A stretch of 64,000 nucleotides of DNA from Candidatus Marinacidobacterium sp. GTDB taxonomy: Bacteria; Acidobacteriota; Vicinamibacteria; Marinacidobacterales; Marinacidobacteraceae. The stretch spans positions 96,001 to 160,000 of the forward strand of contig OZ244852.1 in NCBI GenBank assembly GCA_965220965.1, in the 5' to 3' direction. A program made the translations under genes and the position numbers. The notes under the pieces are model-generated. The model searched no databases. It was not told where the DNA came from and saw only the letters and a list, made by a program, of their open reading frames with translations. Shown in pieces: positions 1 through 9,801 of this stretch. Each line of letters starts with the position of its first letter. Position 1 is the stretch's first letter.

Positions 1-2
1 CC

Positions 3-629
3 GAGGAGGAGCGCCGCCGCCGGCGGTCCGCCGGCGGCGAGGTGGACGGGATTTCCCGGCAGCTCGCCCGCTACGTCGCGCGCATGACGGACGAGTACAT
101 CCCGAACCTGGACGCGATGATGATCTACCGGCTCGACCGGTTCGGTCGCGGCGGGCACCACCGGCCATTCAACGACGCCGGCTTTCCCGGAGTGCGCATC
201 ATGGAGACGCACGAGAACTACACCCGCCAGCACCAGACGCTGCGGGTCGAGGACGGGATCGAGTACGGGGACGTGATCGAGGGGGTGAACTTCGATTACG
301 CCGCGAAGCTGACCGGCGTGAACGTGATCACCCTCGCCTCGCTGGCGTGGGCCCCGGGCCAGCCCCGCAACGTGGCCATCGCCGGAGCGGTCCGGCCGTC
401 GGCGACCCTGTTCTGGGACCCGGTGGAATCCGACCGCCTGGCCGGCTACCGCGTCTACTGGCGCGAGACAACCGCCCCGCAGTGGACCCACTCGCGGTTC
501 GTGGGTCAGGTGACCGAGCACACCTTCGAGAACCTGGTCATCGACAACTTCCTCTTCGGGGTGGCCTCGGTCTCGACCGACGGCAACGAGAGCGTGGTCT
601 CGTTCCCGTCCTCGACCCGGCGCCGGTAG
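3..629 (+). CDS. M28 family metallopeptidase with C-terminal FN3-like domain (5' truncated by window edge)
   Basis: Frame open from position 3. Motifs DRFGRGGHHRPFN...GVRIMETHENY.RQH resemble M28 C-terminus; W..V..GYRVYWR FN3-like tail. Confidence 0.75.
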   Translation, partial: EEERRRRRSAGGEVDGISRQLARYVARMTDEYIPNLDAMMIYRLDRFGRGGHHRPFNDAGFPGVRIMETHENYTRQHQTLRVEDGIEYGDVIEGVNFDYAAKLTGVNVITLASLAWAPGQPRNVAIAGAVRPSATLFWDPVESDRLAGYRVYWRETTAPQWTHSRFVGQVTEHTFENLVIDNFLFGVASVSTDGNESVVSFPSSTRRR

Positions 630-648
630 CGAGAGTCCGGCCCGGCGC

Positions 649-1221
649 TTACCGGACCGGGCCCGGGTCCGCCTCCTCCTCCGGATCGGAAGGGCCCGGC
701 GCGGCGGAGGGCTGCGCCTCGAAGCGCCAGTCGCTGTAGCGCCTCGCGCCCTCGTAGATCCGCAGGCTCAGTTCGTCGCTGGCGCTCGCGACGCCCAGGA
801 TCCCGGGGACGGCCCCCGGCTCCGTGGGTCCGGCGGGCGCCGCCTCCACGAAGTCGCCGGCCATCGCGCCGGTCATCGCCCCGGGGGGGCCCGCCGGATT
901 CGGGTTGGGCGAGGGCCGCAGCAGTCGGAACGGGCCCCGGGTCACCGGGTCCGACCAGACCCGGCGGAGATAGCCTCCCTCGACGAGTTCCTCGAGCGAC
1001 TCGGGGAGGGCGCCGGGCCGGTCGCGCTGGAAGCGCTCGATGGCCCGGACCACGGCCTCTCCCCGGAACACCAGCTCCGCCTCCTGTTCGCGCTGGAGCA
1101 CCCGGCTCCACAGGTTGACCGCGGCGAGCAGCCCGATTCCGAGCAGCGTCGCCCCGATCAGGACGCCGAACAGGACGTAGCCGTCTTCCCGACGTCCCCG
1201 TTCAGGCGCCTCGCTCACCAC
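649..1221 (-). CDS. type II secretion/type IV pilus minor pseudopilin (GspK/PilX-like, no Glu5)
   Basis: G|YVLFG hydrophobic N-terminus, EAELVFRGE, YLRRVWSDP; last gene of the pseudopilin operon. Confidence 0.7.
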   Translation of the reverse strand: MVSEAPERGRREDGYVLFGVLIGATLLGIGLLAAVNLWSRVLQREQEAELVFRGEAVVRAIERFQRDRPGALPESLEELVEGGYLRRVWSDPVTRGPFRLLRPSPNPNPAGPPGAMTGAMAGDFVEAAPAGPTEPGAVPGILGVASASDELSLRIYEGARRYSDWRFEAQPSAAPGPSDPEEEADPGPVR

Positions 1222-1622
1222 TCGCGGTAGGGGCGCCCATCGCTCCCCGTCTGTTCGGACCGGCTGCGGACATCGGACACCCCGGCGGGGGCGTCAGGGA
1301 ACAGGGGGTCGTACCCGTCGCGGATCTCCTCCCAGAGGATGGAGCCGGTCATCGGGTCCTCCGGGATCTCGCGCAGGTAGCCCGCGACGACCAGATCCCC
1401 GAGCACCGCCGGGTATGCCTCCCGGTCCGCCTGGTACTGATCGAGGCGCTCCCGGATCACCGCCAGGTTGTGGCTCAGCACGGCTTCTTTCGCCTTGACC
1501 ACCTGCGCCTGGTAGCGCGGCGCGGCGATCGCGAACAGGATGCCGAGCACGAGGAGCACCAGCACCATCTCGATGAAGCTGAAGCCGGCGTCCCGGCGGG
1601 GCGCCCGGAGCCGATTCACCAT
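1215..1622 (-). CDS. type II secretion pseudopilin (GspG-like)
   Basis: Prepilin motif G|FSFIEMVLV; YLREIPEDPMT; overlaps neighbours. Confidence 0.85.
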   Translation of the reverse strand: MVNRLRAPRRDAGFSFIEMVLVLLVLGILFAIAAPRYQAQVVKAKEAVLSHNLAVIRERLDQYQADREAYPAVLGDLVVAGYLREIPEDPMTGSILWEEIRDGYDPLFPDAPAGVSDVRSRSEQTGSDGRPYREW

Positions 1623-2107
1623 GACCGGTAGGGCGTCCCGTCGAGCGCCCGCCGGGGGGACGCCGAGCGGAGGTCGTAGACGTTCTCGCCGCCCCAGCTC
1701 AGCGTGTCCGGGTCGTCCTGGTAGGAGCGGAGCAGCCAGTCGGACCGGCCGGTGAACGGGTCCACCGGAAGCCGCCGCAGGAACCGGATCACCGGCGCCC
1801 GCCCCTCCTCGTCGGGCGGCCCGGGAACCCCGTCCACCAGCGCCTCGAGGTCCGGGGGGTAGTTCCGGTGGTCGGGTTCGAGGAAGTCGGGCGAGATCTC
1901 TCCCTCTTCGGCCGCCGCGCGGTAGGCGTCGATCGCGAGCCGCGTCGTTCGGAGCTCGCGGCGCAGCTCGATCTCGCTGGCGCGGACCGACGCGACCCGC
2001 GCCACCGGGATCACCGCGAGGGCGAGGACTGCGAGGATCCCCGACGCCACCACCAGCTCGATCAGCGTGAAGCCTCGCTCCCGGCGCGCCGGGCGGGGGA
2101 CGGACAT
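1616..2107 (-). CDS. type II secretion pseudopilin (GspG-like)
   Basis: 3' part of ORF 1616..3457. ATG at 2107 overlaps the gspF stop (TGATG); G|FTLIELVV; FLRRLPVDPFTG. Confidence 0.85.
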   Translation of the reverse strand: MSVPRPARRERGFTLIELVVASGILAVLALAVIPVARVASVRASEIELRRELRTTRLAIDAYRAAAEEGEISPDFLEPDHRNYPPDLEALVDGVPGPPDEEGRAPVIRFLRRLPVDPFTGRSDWLLRSYQDDPDTLSWGGENVYDLRSASPRRALDGTPYRSW

Positions 2108-3384
2108 CAGAACTGCGGGACCGAGGCCAGGCTCATCAGCGGCAGGTAGATCGCGAGGAGAACGAGCGCGACGAAGCCGCCGAGGAGGAGGAGCACGACC
2201 GGCGTCAGCAGGCTCAGCAGCACCGTGACCCGGTTCTCGATGACCTCGTCGTTGAAGTCGCTCACGCTGGAGACCATCCGCGCCAGATCGCCGGTTCCTT
2301 CCCCCACCCGGACCATCTGGAGCGCGAAGCCCGGGATCTCGCCGCTCGCGCCCAGCGCCTCGACGAACGGCCTTCCCTCGGAGACCTCTCGGGCGGCGGG
2401 CTCGAGCGCCGACCGCAGGTGGCGGTTCCCCACCGAGCCGGCGGCCACCGGAATCGCGTTCGCCAGCGGCATCCCGCCGGCGAGCAGCGCGCCGAGCGAA
2501 CGGCAGAACTGGGAGACGGCGTAGAGGCGCAGGACCTCCCCCACCCCCGGCAGCCGGAGCAGCAGACGGTCCCGGATGCGGCCGGACTCCGGTCGGCGCG
2601 ACCAGACGAGGCCCAGCGCCCCGAGGGCGGCCCCACCGCCGAGAACCCATCCCAGGTGGGTGCGGACGCCTTCCGCCACCGACAGCAGGACGGTCGTCAG
2701 CGCTGGCAGCTCCTGGCCGAATCCGGCGAAGAAGGGGATGAACTCGGGAACGACGCCGAGCAGGAGAAAGGCGGCGGTCCCGAGGAGCGCGGTGAGCAGG
2801 AAGATCGGGTAGACCAGCGCCGCGGTGAGCTGGGACCGGGCCCGCACCGCCACCCGGAACGCTTCGGTGAAGCGGGCGAGCATGCCGGGAAGGTCCCCGC
2901 TCGTCTCCCCCGCCTGGAGGCAGGCGGCGTACACCGGCGGGAAGAAGGAGAAGCGCCGGACCGCGCGGCTCATCGGCTCGCCGCTCCGGATATCCCGCAG
3001 GACTTCCGAGACCGCGGCGCGGAGCGTGCGGTTGTCCATGCGCTCGGTCATGATCGCGAGCGACTCGGCGAGCGGCAGCCCGGCGCGCAGCAGGGCGGCG
3101 AGTTCCTGGTTGAACAGCAGCACGTCGCGGCTGCGGACGGCGGGAGCGCGGAGCCGGGCCCAGGATGAGCTCTCCAGGCCGGCAGCCGGCGTCCGGTCGC
3201 GGGCGGCCCCGCCGCCGAAGAGCCGGAGCCAGGGAACGGCGAGCCCCGGAACGCGCCGCACGTGGAAGACGATGAAGCCTTCGCGCTCGAGCGCTTCGCG
3301 GGCGGCGTCGGGAGTCCGGGCCTCGATCCGCCGTCGGCGCAGCTCCCCCGCCGGTTCTCCGATCTGGCACAGGTACTCGGCCAC
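2107..3384 (-). CDS. type II secretion system F family / PilC inner-membrane platform protein
   Basis: FNQELAALLRAGLPL, AGETSGDL, MVRVGEGTGDL, IYLPL C-terminus; two T2SSF repeats. Confidence 0.9.
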   Translation of the reverse strand: MAEYLCQIGEPAGELRRRRIEARTPDAAREALEREGFIVFHVRRVPGLAVPWLRLFGGGAARDRTPAAGLESSSWARLRAPAVRSRDVLLFNQELAALLRAGLPLAESLAIMTERMDNRTLRAAVSEVLRDIRSGEPMSRAVRRFSFFPPVYAACLQAGETSGDLPGMLARFTEAFRVAVRARSQLTAALVYPIFLLTALLGTAAFLLLGVVPEFIPFFAGFGQELPALTTVLLSVAEGVRTHLGWVLGGGAALGALGLVWSRRPESGRIRDRLLLRLPGVGEVLRLYAVSQFCRSLGALLAGGMPLANAIPVAAGSVGNRHLRSALEPAAREVSEGRPFVEALGASGEIPGFALQMVRVGEGTGDLARMVSSVSDFNDEVIENRVTVLLSLLTPVVLLLLGGFVALVLLAIYLPLMSLASVPQF

Positions 3385-3455
3385 GCGTCGTCCCCGATGG
3401 TAGTCCGCCGCGCCGCAACCGGCTGCTAGACTCGATTTCGGGAGGGTTGGCGGAC

Positions 3456-3968
3456 ATGAGCCGAAAGAAGACGATGCGGAAGAAGCGCCGGCTGCGCGGC
3501 GCCGCGGCGCGGGGAGGCCAGGCTTCGGCGGGGCAGGTCCTCGCCGAGAACCGGCGCGCGCGCCGGAACTACACCCTGCTCGACCAGTTCGAGGCCGGGA
3601 TCGCGCTCACCGGCCCGGAGGTCAAGTCCTGCCGGAACGGCGGCGCCAACCTGAAGGACGCCTACGGGCGCGAGCGCGGCGGGGAGCTCTTCCTGGTGAA
3701 CTGCCACATCGCGCCCTACACCCACGCCGCCGGCGATCAGGGCAACCCCGATCGCAGCCGCAAGCTGCTGCTCCACGGCGACGAAATGCGGCGGATCGCG
3801 GGCAAGCTGAGCACCACCGGCCTCACGCTGGTGCCGCTGCGGATCCACGTGCGCGCCGGCTGGATCAAGGTCCAGCTCGCGCTCGCCAAGGGCAAGAGCC
3901 AGCGGGATCGCCGCGAGACGATCCGCCAGCGCGAGGCCGAGCGCGAAGTCCGGGCGGCGCTCGGGTAG
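3456..3968 (+). CDS. smpB: SsrA-binding protein SmpB
   Basis: NRRARRNY, FEAGIALTGPEVKS, RKLLLH, LTLVPL, AKGK; GGAGG RBS before ATG 3456. Confidence 0.95.
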   Translation: MSRKKTMRKKRRLRGAAARGGQASAGQVLAENRRARRNYTLLDQFEAGIALTGPEVKSCRNGGANLKDAYGRERGGELFLVNCHIAPYTHAAGDQGNPDRSRKLLLHGDEMRRIAGKLSTTGLTLVPLRIHVRAGWIKVQLALAKGKSQRDRRETIRQREAEREVRAALG

Positions 3969-3985
3969 ACGACGCGGGCGGCCGG

Positions 3986-6922
3986 TCAGCCGCCGGCTGG
4001 CGAGCGGTCCGGGCGGCCGTTGGTCCCGGGCGTCAGGAACTGGGCGAGGTACTGCGCCGGGTGGAGGGCGCGGCGCCCGGTCGCGTCGAGGATCTGGTGC
4101 CGGCACGACGTGCCGCCGGCGATCACGTTCTGTCCGCTCTCCAGCGCGTTCACCGCCGGGAACAGGCGTCGCTCCCCGATCCGGAGCGAGATCTCGTAGT
4201 GGTCGCGGGTGTAGCCGAAGCTGCCCGCCATGCCGCAGCATCCGGAGTCCACCACCGAGACCCGGCCGCCGGGGGCGCGGAGGACGGCGGCGAGCGGTCC
4301 GGTCCCGCAGAAGGTCTTCTGGTGGCAATGGCCATGCGCGAGGGCCTCCTCGCCTGACGCCCGCCCGTTCGTGACCCGGGCGACCTCCTCGAGGTCGCTC
4401 TCGAGAAACTCCTCGAACAGGACCGCCGAATCGCGGATGCGCCGGGCCGCGTCGCCGTCGGGCCCGGGGACCAGTTCCCCGAACTCGTCCCGGAAGGTGA
4501 GCAGGCACGACGGTTCGAGGCCCACGATGGGGAGGCCCGCCGACGCGAATTCGTCGAGCGCCTTCACGCTGCGGCGGGCCAGTCTCCGGGCCCGGTCGAG
4601 CATGCCCCGCGAGATCGCCGGCCGACCGCAGCAGACCGCCGGGGTGAGACGCACCTCGTAGCCGAGCGCCCACAGCACCCGGCAGGCGGCGGCGCCGACC
4701 TCGGGCTCGAAGTGGTTCGTGAAGGTGTCGGGGAAGAGCGCGACCGCGCCTCGGGGCCGGGTCGGCTGGCCGGCGCTCCCGTGTTGGCGGAACCAGCGCT
4801 CGAACGTCCGCCGCGCCATCTGCGGCAGGCTCCGGCGGGGATCGAGGTCGGCGATCCGGCCCAGGATCCCCTTGGCCAATCCGGTGCGTTCGGCGACCCG
4901 CGCCAGCGGTCCGAGCCTTCGCCCCCACCGGGCGAGCCGGTCGGGGGCCCCGAACACCGCATCGCTCGCCGGGCGCCGCCGCGTGCGGTAGGCGTGGTGG
5001 AGGAAGTCGCTCCTGAGCCGCGCCATGTCCACGCCCGAGGGGCACTCCGCCTTGCAGGCCTTGCAGGCGAGGCAGAGGTCGAGCGCGCCGAGGATCCGGT
5101 CCTCGGACTCCCGTCCGGGGGCGAGCCGTCCGTCGAGGAGCGCCCGCAGCAGGTTGGCCCGGCCGCGGGTGGAATGCTCCTCGTCGCGGGTCACCATGAA
5201 CGAGGGGCACATCACGCCGGTGAGGTCCTTCCGGCAGACGCCGGCTCCGTTGCAGAGCTCGACCGCCCGGGCGAACCCGTTCTCGCGCGGATACGGGAAC
5301 ACCACCGGGAGTTCGGTCGCCTGGTAGTCGGCGCCGTAGCGCAGGTTGTCGGTCATCGCCGGGGCGTCCACCACCTTGCCCGGGTTCATGAGCCCGTCGG
5401 GATCGAAGGCGGCCTTGAGCCGTCGGAACGCCTCGTAGACCCGGGGCCCGAACACCTGCTCGTTGAAGTGGCTGCGCGCCAGCCCGTCGCCGTGCTCGCC
5501 GCTCATGGCGCCGCCGAAGTCCAGCACCAGGTCGCAGATCTCGCGGGCCAGCTCGTCCATCTTCCGCACTTCGGCGGCGTCCTTCAGGTCGATCAGCGGG
5601 CGGATGTGGAGGCAGCCGGCCCCGGCGTGGGCGTAAAAGCAGCTCTCGGTGTTGCGTCCGGCGAGGATCTCCTCGAATCTGCGGATGAACTCGGGGAGGC
5701 GCTCGGGCGCGACCGCGGTGTCCTCCACGAAGGCGATCGGCTTGCGGTCCCCGGGCAGGCTGAGCAGCAGCGGCAGCGCCGACTTGCGGATCGCCCACAC
5801 GTTCTTCTGCTCCGCCGGGTCCATGATCCGCAGCATCGGCTGGCCGCGCCGTCCCATCCGCCGCTCCAGCCGGTCGAACCGGTCGATCACCTCGCCGTCG
5901 CTCTCGCCCGCGAACTCGATCAGGATGAGGGCCTCGGGCTCGCCCTCGACGAAATGGAGCCGCCGGGAGTACTCGAGCGATTCGCGGGCCAGCCGCAGCA
6001 CCATCCGGTCGACCAGCTCGACGCAGGTGGGCTGGAGCTCGAGCGCTTCCACCCCGGCCTCGAGCGCCGGGAGCATCCCCTCGAAGTGGAGCACCGCGAG
6101 CCCGGTCCGCCGGGGCAGGCGGTGGAGCTGCACCCGCGCCTCCACGACGGTTCCGAGCGTCCCCTCGGACCCCACGACCAGCCCGGCGAGGTTCACGCCG
6201 GCGGGGTCGAGGAGGAGATCCAGGTTGTACCCCGACACCCGACGCGGAATCCGCGGAAAGCGCTCGCGCACATCGTCCCGGTAGCCCTCGCGCAGCGCCA
6301 GAACCTCCCGCAGGATCCGCCCGAGCGCCCCGCCGCCGCGGGCGCGCCGGCGCAGGTCGTCCCACGACATCCACGCAAGCCGCTCCACGCTCCCGTCGGC
6401 CAGCACCACGGTGGCGTCGATCACGTTCTCGACGGTCTTTCCGTAGACCAGCGAACGCGACCCGGCGGAGTTGTTCCCGATCATGCCGCCGAGGTTGGCG
6501 CGGTTCGAGGTGGAGGTCTCGGGACCGAACCGGAGCCCGTAGGGGGCCAGCTCGGCGGCGAAGGCGTCCTGCACCAGCCCGGGCTGGATCCGCGCCCACA
6601 GCTCCTCCCGGTTCACCTCGAGCACCCGCCGGAAGTGGACCGAGAGATCCATCACCACCGCTTCGCCGACGGCCTGGCCGGCGAGCGAGGTGCCTCCGCC
6701 CCGGGGCAGGAGCGGGGCCCCGGCGTCCGCCGCCGCGCGCACCGTCTCGACGACGTCCACGGTGTGGCGGGGGATCACGACGCCCAGCGGCTCGACCTGG
6801 TAGATGCTGGCGTCGGTCGAGTAGAGGATGCGGGTCGCCCGGTCGAAGCGCACCTCGCCCTCGATCCGCGCTGCGATTTCGCGCGCCAGCGCCGTCATGT
6901 CGCGGGCGAGGATATCCCGCAT
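3986..6922 (-). CDS. FAD-binding and (Fe-S)-binding oxidoreductase (YdiJ/GlcD-GlcF fusion type)
   Basis: PRGGGTSLAGQ, GSEGTLG, SGEHGDG, CNGAGVC, CLACKACKAECP, CCG motifs. Confidence 0.9.
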   Translation of the reverse strand: MRDILARDMTALAREIAARIEGEVRFDRATRILYSTDASIYQVEPLGVVIPRHTVDVVETVRAAADAGAPLLPRGGGTSLAGQAVGEAVVMDLSVHFRRVLEVNREELWARIQPGLVQDAFAAELAPYGLRFGPETSTSNRANLGGMIGNNSAGSRSLVYGKTVENVIDATVVLADGSVERLAWMSWDDLRRRARGGGALGRILREVLALREGYRDDVRERFPRIPRRVSGYNLDLLLDPAGVNLAGLVVGSEGTLGTVVEARVQLHRLPRRTGLAVLHFEGMLPALEAGVEALELQPTCVELVDRMVLRLARESLEYSRRLHFVEGEPEALILIEFAGESDGEVIDRFDRLERRMGRRGQPMLRIMDPAEQKNVWAIRKSALPLLLSLPGDRKPIAFVEDTAVAPERLPEFIRRFEEILAGRNTESCFYAHAGAGCLHIRPLIDLKDAAEVRKMDELAREICDLVLDFGGAMSGEHGDGLARSHFNEQVFGPRVYEAFRRLKAAFDPDGLMNPGKVVDAPAMTDNLRYGADYQATELPVVFPYPRENGFARAVELCNGAGVCRKDLTGVMCPSFMVTRDEEHSTRGRANLLRALLDGRLAPGRESEDRILGALDLCLACKACKAECPSGVDMARLRSDFLHHAYRTRRRPASDAVFGAPDRLARWGRRLGPLARVAERTGLAKGILGRIADLDPRRSLPQMARRTFERWFRQHGSAGQPTRPRGAVALFPDTFTNHFEPEVGAAACRVLWALGYEVRLTPAVCCGRPAISRGMLDRARRLARRSVKALDEFASAGLPIVGLEPSCLLTFRDEFGELVPGPDGDAARRIRDSAVLFEEFLESDLEEVARVTNGRASGEEALAHGHCHQKTFCGTGPLAAVLRAPGGRVSVVDSGCCGMAGSFGYTRDHYEISLRIGERRLFPAVNALESGQNVIAGGTSCRHQILDATGRRALHPAQYLAQFLTPGTNGRPDRSPAGG

Positions 6923-7024
6923 CCGGGCCGTTTCCGGCGTCCTCCGCGAGGGCCGGAGCGGCCGTCCATGCGCAAGAATGGAGGGTCAGCCAAAGGGGTC
7001 GGTCTTCCGGGCGAGGCCGCTGGC

Positions 7025-9106
7025 ATGGCGCTTCGATCGTTTCTCTCGTTTGACGAACTCCGCGAGGGGATGGTCCCCGACGCGGTCCCCGGGGAGCGGG
7101 CCCGCGAAGTCCTGCGGGTGGCGGCCGAGCTTCACGCCGGGGACGGCCCGGCGGTCGCCCGCGCCTGCCGGGCCTCGCTGCTGGACTGGCTGGGCGACCG
7201 GATGCCCGGGCCGCTCCCTCCCGAGGCCGCCGGCTCCGGGAATTTCTCCGTTCGCTCGGGGCGTTACTTTCTCGAAGGAGCGCGGGTGCGGCGCGACGGG
7301 GATGAGGTCCGGGCGCTTCGCCTCGCCGAACCTGTCGGCAAGGGGCCCAGGAGCTTCCGCGTCACCGAGCTGGGCCTCCGCGAGGCGGCGGGGCGCTTTC
7401 CCGAGTTCCGCCTGCGGCTGCTCGCCGACGTCCGGGGGCCGTCCCCCGACACTGGCCCTCGGGTTCCGGACATCGTCGGCAAGCTGGCGTCGGTGTTCGA
7501 CATGCGCTGTGGAAACCGGCGGATCTCGACCGATCCGCTTCTGGTGGACTCCGAACCCGCCGCGAAGCGGCTCGCGGAGGAGCTCCTGTCTCCCCAGCGG
7601 TCGCTCCCCTATCTCGCGCTCAGCGTGCCGGAGAACGCCGAGGATCCCACCCGTCCGCTCCTCGATCCGGTGGCGATGTCGCGCGCCACGGCCGGCCTCG
7701 CCGTCGTGGTCGTCGTCCCGCACGAGGCCACCTGGGCGCTGACCCGGATCTTCGGGGATCGCCGGCTCTCGGTCTATCTCGGGGCGGCGCGCCTCTACCT
7801 GCCGGGATTCCGCCTGGACGGGGATCCGCGCGAGCATCGCCTCATCCTCGGCGACTGGATGGAGAAGCCGGGCGGGCTCGCGTCGAGTCGCGACGACCTC
7901 CTGCGACAGATCGCGCGGCGCAGCGTGACGGGCGACGGCGAATGGACCTTCGCCCGGCTTCGAACGCTCGCCCGGGAGGAGCGCGAGGAGTCCGGCGCCG
8001 CGGTGGAATCGGACTCGACTCCCGACCTCGAGTCCCCCCCGGAGTCGTTCGTGTCCGTCTCCGCCGCGGCGCCCGCCGCGGAGAAGGCCTCTGGCGAGGG
8101 CCCGACGGCCGCTGCCGAATCGCCGGTCGTCCCCGATTCCCCGGATGCGCCCCCGGCTTCGGAGGCGAGGCCGGCGCCCGCGGACGCCCCGGACGAGGAG
8201 ACGGCGGAGGTCGCCGCCGCTCCGGCCCAGGAGGTGGTGGCCGGGAGGGAAACCGGCCCGCCCGCTACGGGAGGTGACGCCGGCGTGAGCCCGGCGGCCT
8301 CCGCTCCGCCTCTTGCGGATCCCGAGACCCCGGCCCCGGAGGCGCCCGCCGCGCCGCCGCGGTCGACGCCCTGGTGGCGGAGGGTCGTCCTTGCGCTGCG
8401 CGGCCTCCCCGATCCGGCGGTCGACGCCCGCCACGCCGCGGAGCGCGACGCCTGGCTGCGTGAACTCGAGGAAGCCCGCGAGCGTCTGCGCCGGGTCGAG
8501 GAGCGGGCGGACCGGTCCGAGACGAAGCTCGGTCGACTGGAGGAAGAGAAGGACGAGCTCGAAGGCGAATGGGAGGATGCCGAGCGGCGGGTGGATGCGG
8601 CCCTCCAGGAGCGCGATCTCGCGGTGCGCGAGGTTCAGGAGCTCCTCGAGCTGCTGGACGCTCGCGGGCTCTCGCCCCCCGCATCGGACGAGCTTCCGGA
8701 GACCTGGGCCGCGTTCGGCGCCTGGTGCGAGCGCGAGCTCACCGGGCGGGTGCGGTTGATGCCCCGCGCCCGGCGCGAGATCAAGCGCGCCCGCTTCGCC
8801 GATGTCCGCCTCGCCGCGCGCTGCCTTCGCTGGCTCGGCGGCGAGTACCGGAGACTGCGGCTCGAGACCTCCGGGCTGGGGCTGCGCGGGCGCGTGGAAA
8901 ACGGCGTCCACAACCAGCAGTGCGGCGGCGACGCCTTTCCCGTCAAGTGGCGCGGCAAACACCAGAAGGTCGACTGGCACATCAAGAGCGGCGGATCCAC
9001 CCACGACCCGACCCGTTGCCTGCGGATCTACTACTTCTGGGATCCGGCCTCCGACGAGGTCGTCATCGCCTCGATGCCCGCCCACATCCGGACCGACGCG
9101 ACCTGA
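7025..9106 (+). CDS. hypothetical protein: globular N-domain, Pro/Ala/Glu-rich linker, coiled coil, C-terminal RelE-like(?) domain
   Basis: Likely real 3' part of ORF 4712..9106 from ATG 7025; ends WHIKSGG...RCLRIYYFWD...VVIASMPAH. Confidence 0.7.
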   Translation: MALRSFLSFDELREGMVPDAVPGERAREVLRVAAELHAGDGPAVARACRASLLDWLGDRMPGPLPPEAAGSGNFSVRSGRYFLEGARVRRDGDEVRALRLAEPVGKGPRSFRVTELGLREAAGRFPEFRLRLLADVRGPSPDTGPRVPDIVGKLASVFDMRCGNRRISTDPLLVDSEPAAKRLAEELLSPQRSLPYLALSVPENAEDPTRPLLDPVAMSRATAGLAVVVVVPHEATWALTRIFGDRRLSVYLGAARLYLPGFRLDGDPREHRLILGDWMEKPGGLASSRDDLLRQIARRSVTGDGEWTFARLRTLAREEREESGAAVESDSTPDLESPPESFVSVSAAAPAAEKASGEGPTAAAESPVVPDSPDAPPASEARPAPADAPDEETAEVAAAPAQEVVAGRETGPPATGGDAGVSPAASAPPLADPETPAPEAPAAPPRSTPWWRRVVLALRGLPDPAVDARHAAERDAWLRELEEARERLRRVEERADRSETKLGRLEEEKDELEGEWEDAERRVDAALQERDLAVREVQELLELLDARGLSPPASDELPETWAAFGAWCERELTGRVRLMPRARREIKRARFADVRLAARCLRWLGGEYRRLRLETSGLGLRGRVENGVHNQQCGGDAFPVKWRGKHQKVDWHIKSGGSTHDPTRCLRIYYFWDPASDEVVIASMPAHIRTDAT

Positions 9107-9116
9107 AGGCGCCCTT

Positions 9117-9155
9117 CGTCAACTGTTGTTGACGCTTCGTCAACCGGCGTTGACG
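9117..9155. promoter_or_regulatory. tandem palindromic sites CGTCAAC-N4-GTTGACG x2 (candidate enhancer-binding protein UAS)
   Basis: Perfect 7-bp inverted repeats at 9117-9134 and 9138-9155, 21-bp period. Confidence 0.55.
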
Positions 9156-9286
9156 CCCTCGGGCGAAACGGGTGGCGGAATCCCGCGGCAGGAGTCGCGG
9201 AGCGACACGCGAGCGGGGTCCGGAAATCACAGCTCTTCAAAGACTTACGGGCGAGTCCATCCCGACCGCGGGAGGACTGGAGGTTC

Positions 9287-9301
9287 TGGCGCGCCGCTTG
9301 C
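9287..9301 (+). promoter_or_regulatory. sigma54 (-24/-12) promoter upstream of comEA
   Basis: TGGCGCGCCGCTTGC matches TGGCACG-N4-TTGC spacing exactly, with one mismatch. Confidence 0.6.
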
Positions 9302-9393
9302 CTTACTGACGCCGCCGCCGACGTCCCGTTCCGACGGGCCAACGGACGGTGACCTTGCGCTCAACGACGGTTCTTCTGCTTCAGGAGGCGCTC

Positions 9394-9801
9394 ATGAACC
9401 CGTTCCGCAATCCCCACCGGCCCCGGCTCCGGGCCCTCGCCGCGGCGTCCCTCGCCGCCTTTCTCCTTCCTGGCGCGCTCCTCGCCGCGCAGCCCGAGGA
9501 GCCGATCGACATCAACACCGCCAGCGTCGAGGAACTCACCCGGCTTCCCCGGATCGGCGAAGTGACCGCCACCCGTATCGTGGAGTGGCGCGAGGAAAAC
9601 GGCCCCTTCACCCGCGTCGAGGAGCTGCTGAACGTCCAGGGCATCGGGGAGCGCACCTTCGAGCGCATCCGGCCTCACGTGAAGGTGGACTCCGACGATC
9701 GCGCCGGAGCGGCGCATCCGCCGGGTCTCCTGCGGGAGTCCGGCCGGCTCCGGGAGGCCGGATCCGGTGCGGAGCGGCGCGGTGGCGCCGGTTCCGCCTG
9801 A
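9394..9801 (+). CDS. comEA: ComEA family helix-hairpin-helix DNA-binding protein
   Basis: Signal peptide; IDINTASVEELTRLPRIGEVTA.RIVEWREENGPF..VEELLNVQGIG; AGGAGG RBS. Confidence 0.9.
   Translation: MNPFRNPHRPRLRALAAASLAAFLLPGALLAAQPEEPIDINTASVEELTRLPRIGEVTATRIVEWREENGPFTRVEELLNVQGIGERTFERIRPHVKVDSDDRAGAAHPPGLLRESGRLREAGSGAERRGGAGSA

Noticed and set aside
3385-3990. tmRNA gene next to smpB
   Set aside because: Flanking intergenic gaps are too short and no tRNA-like ends were seen.
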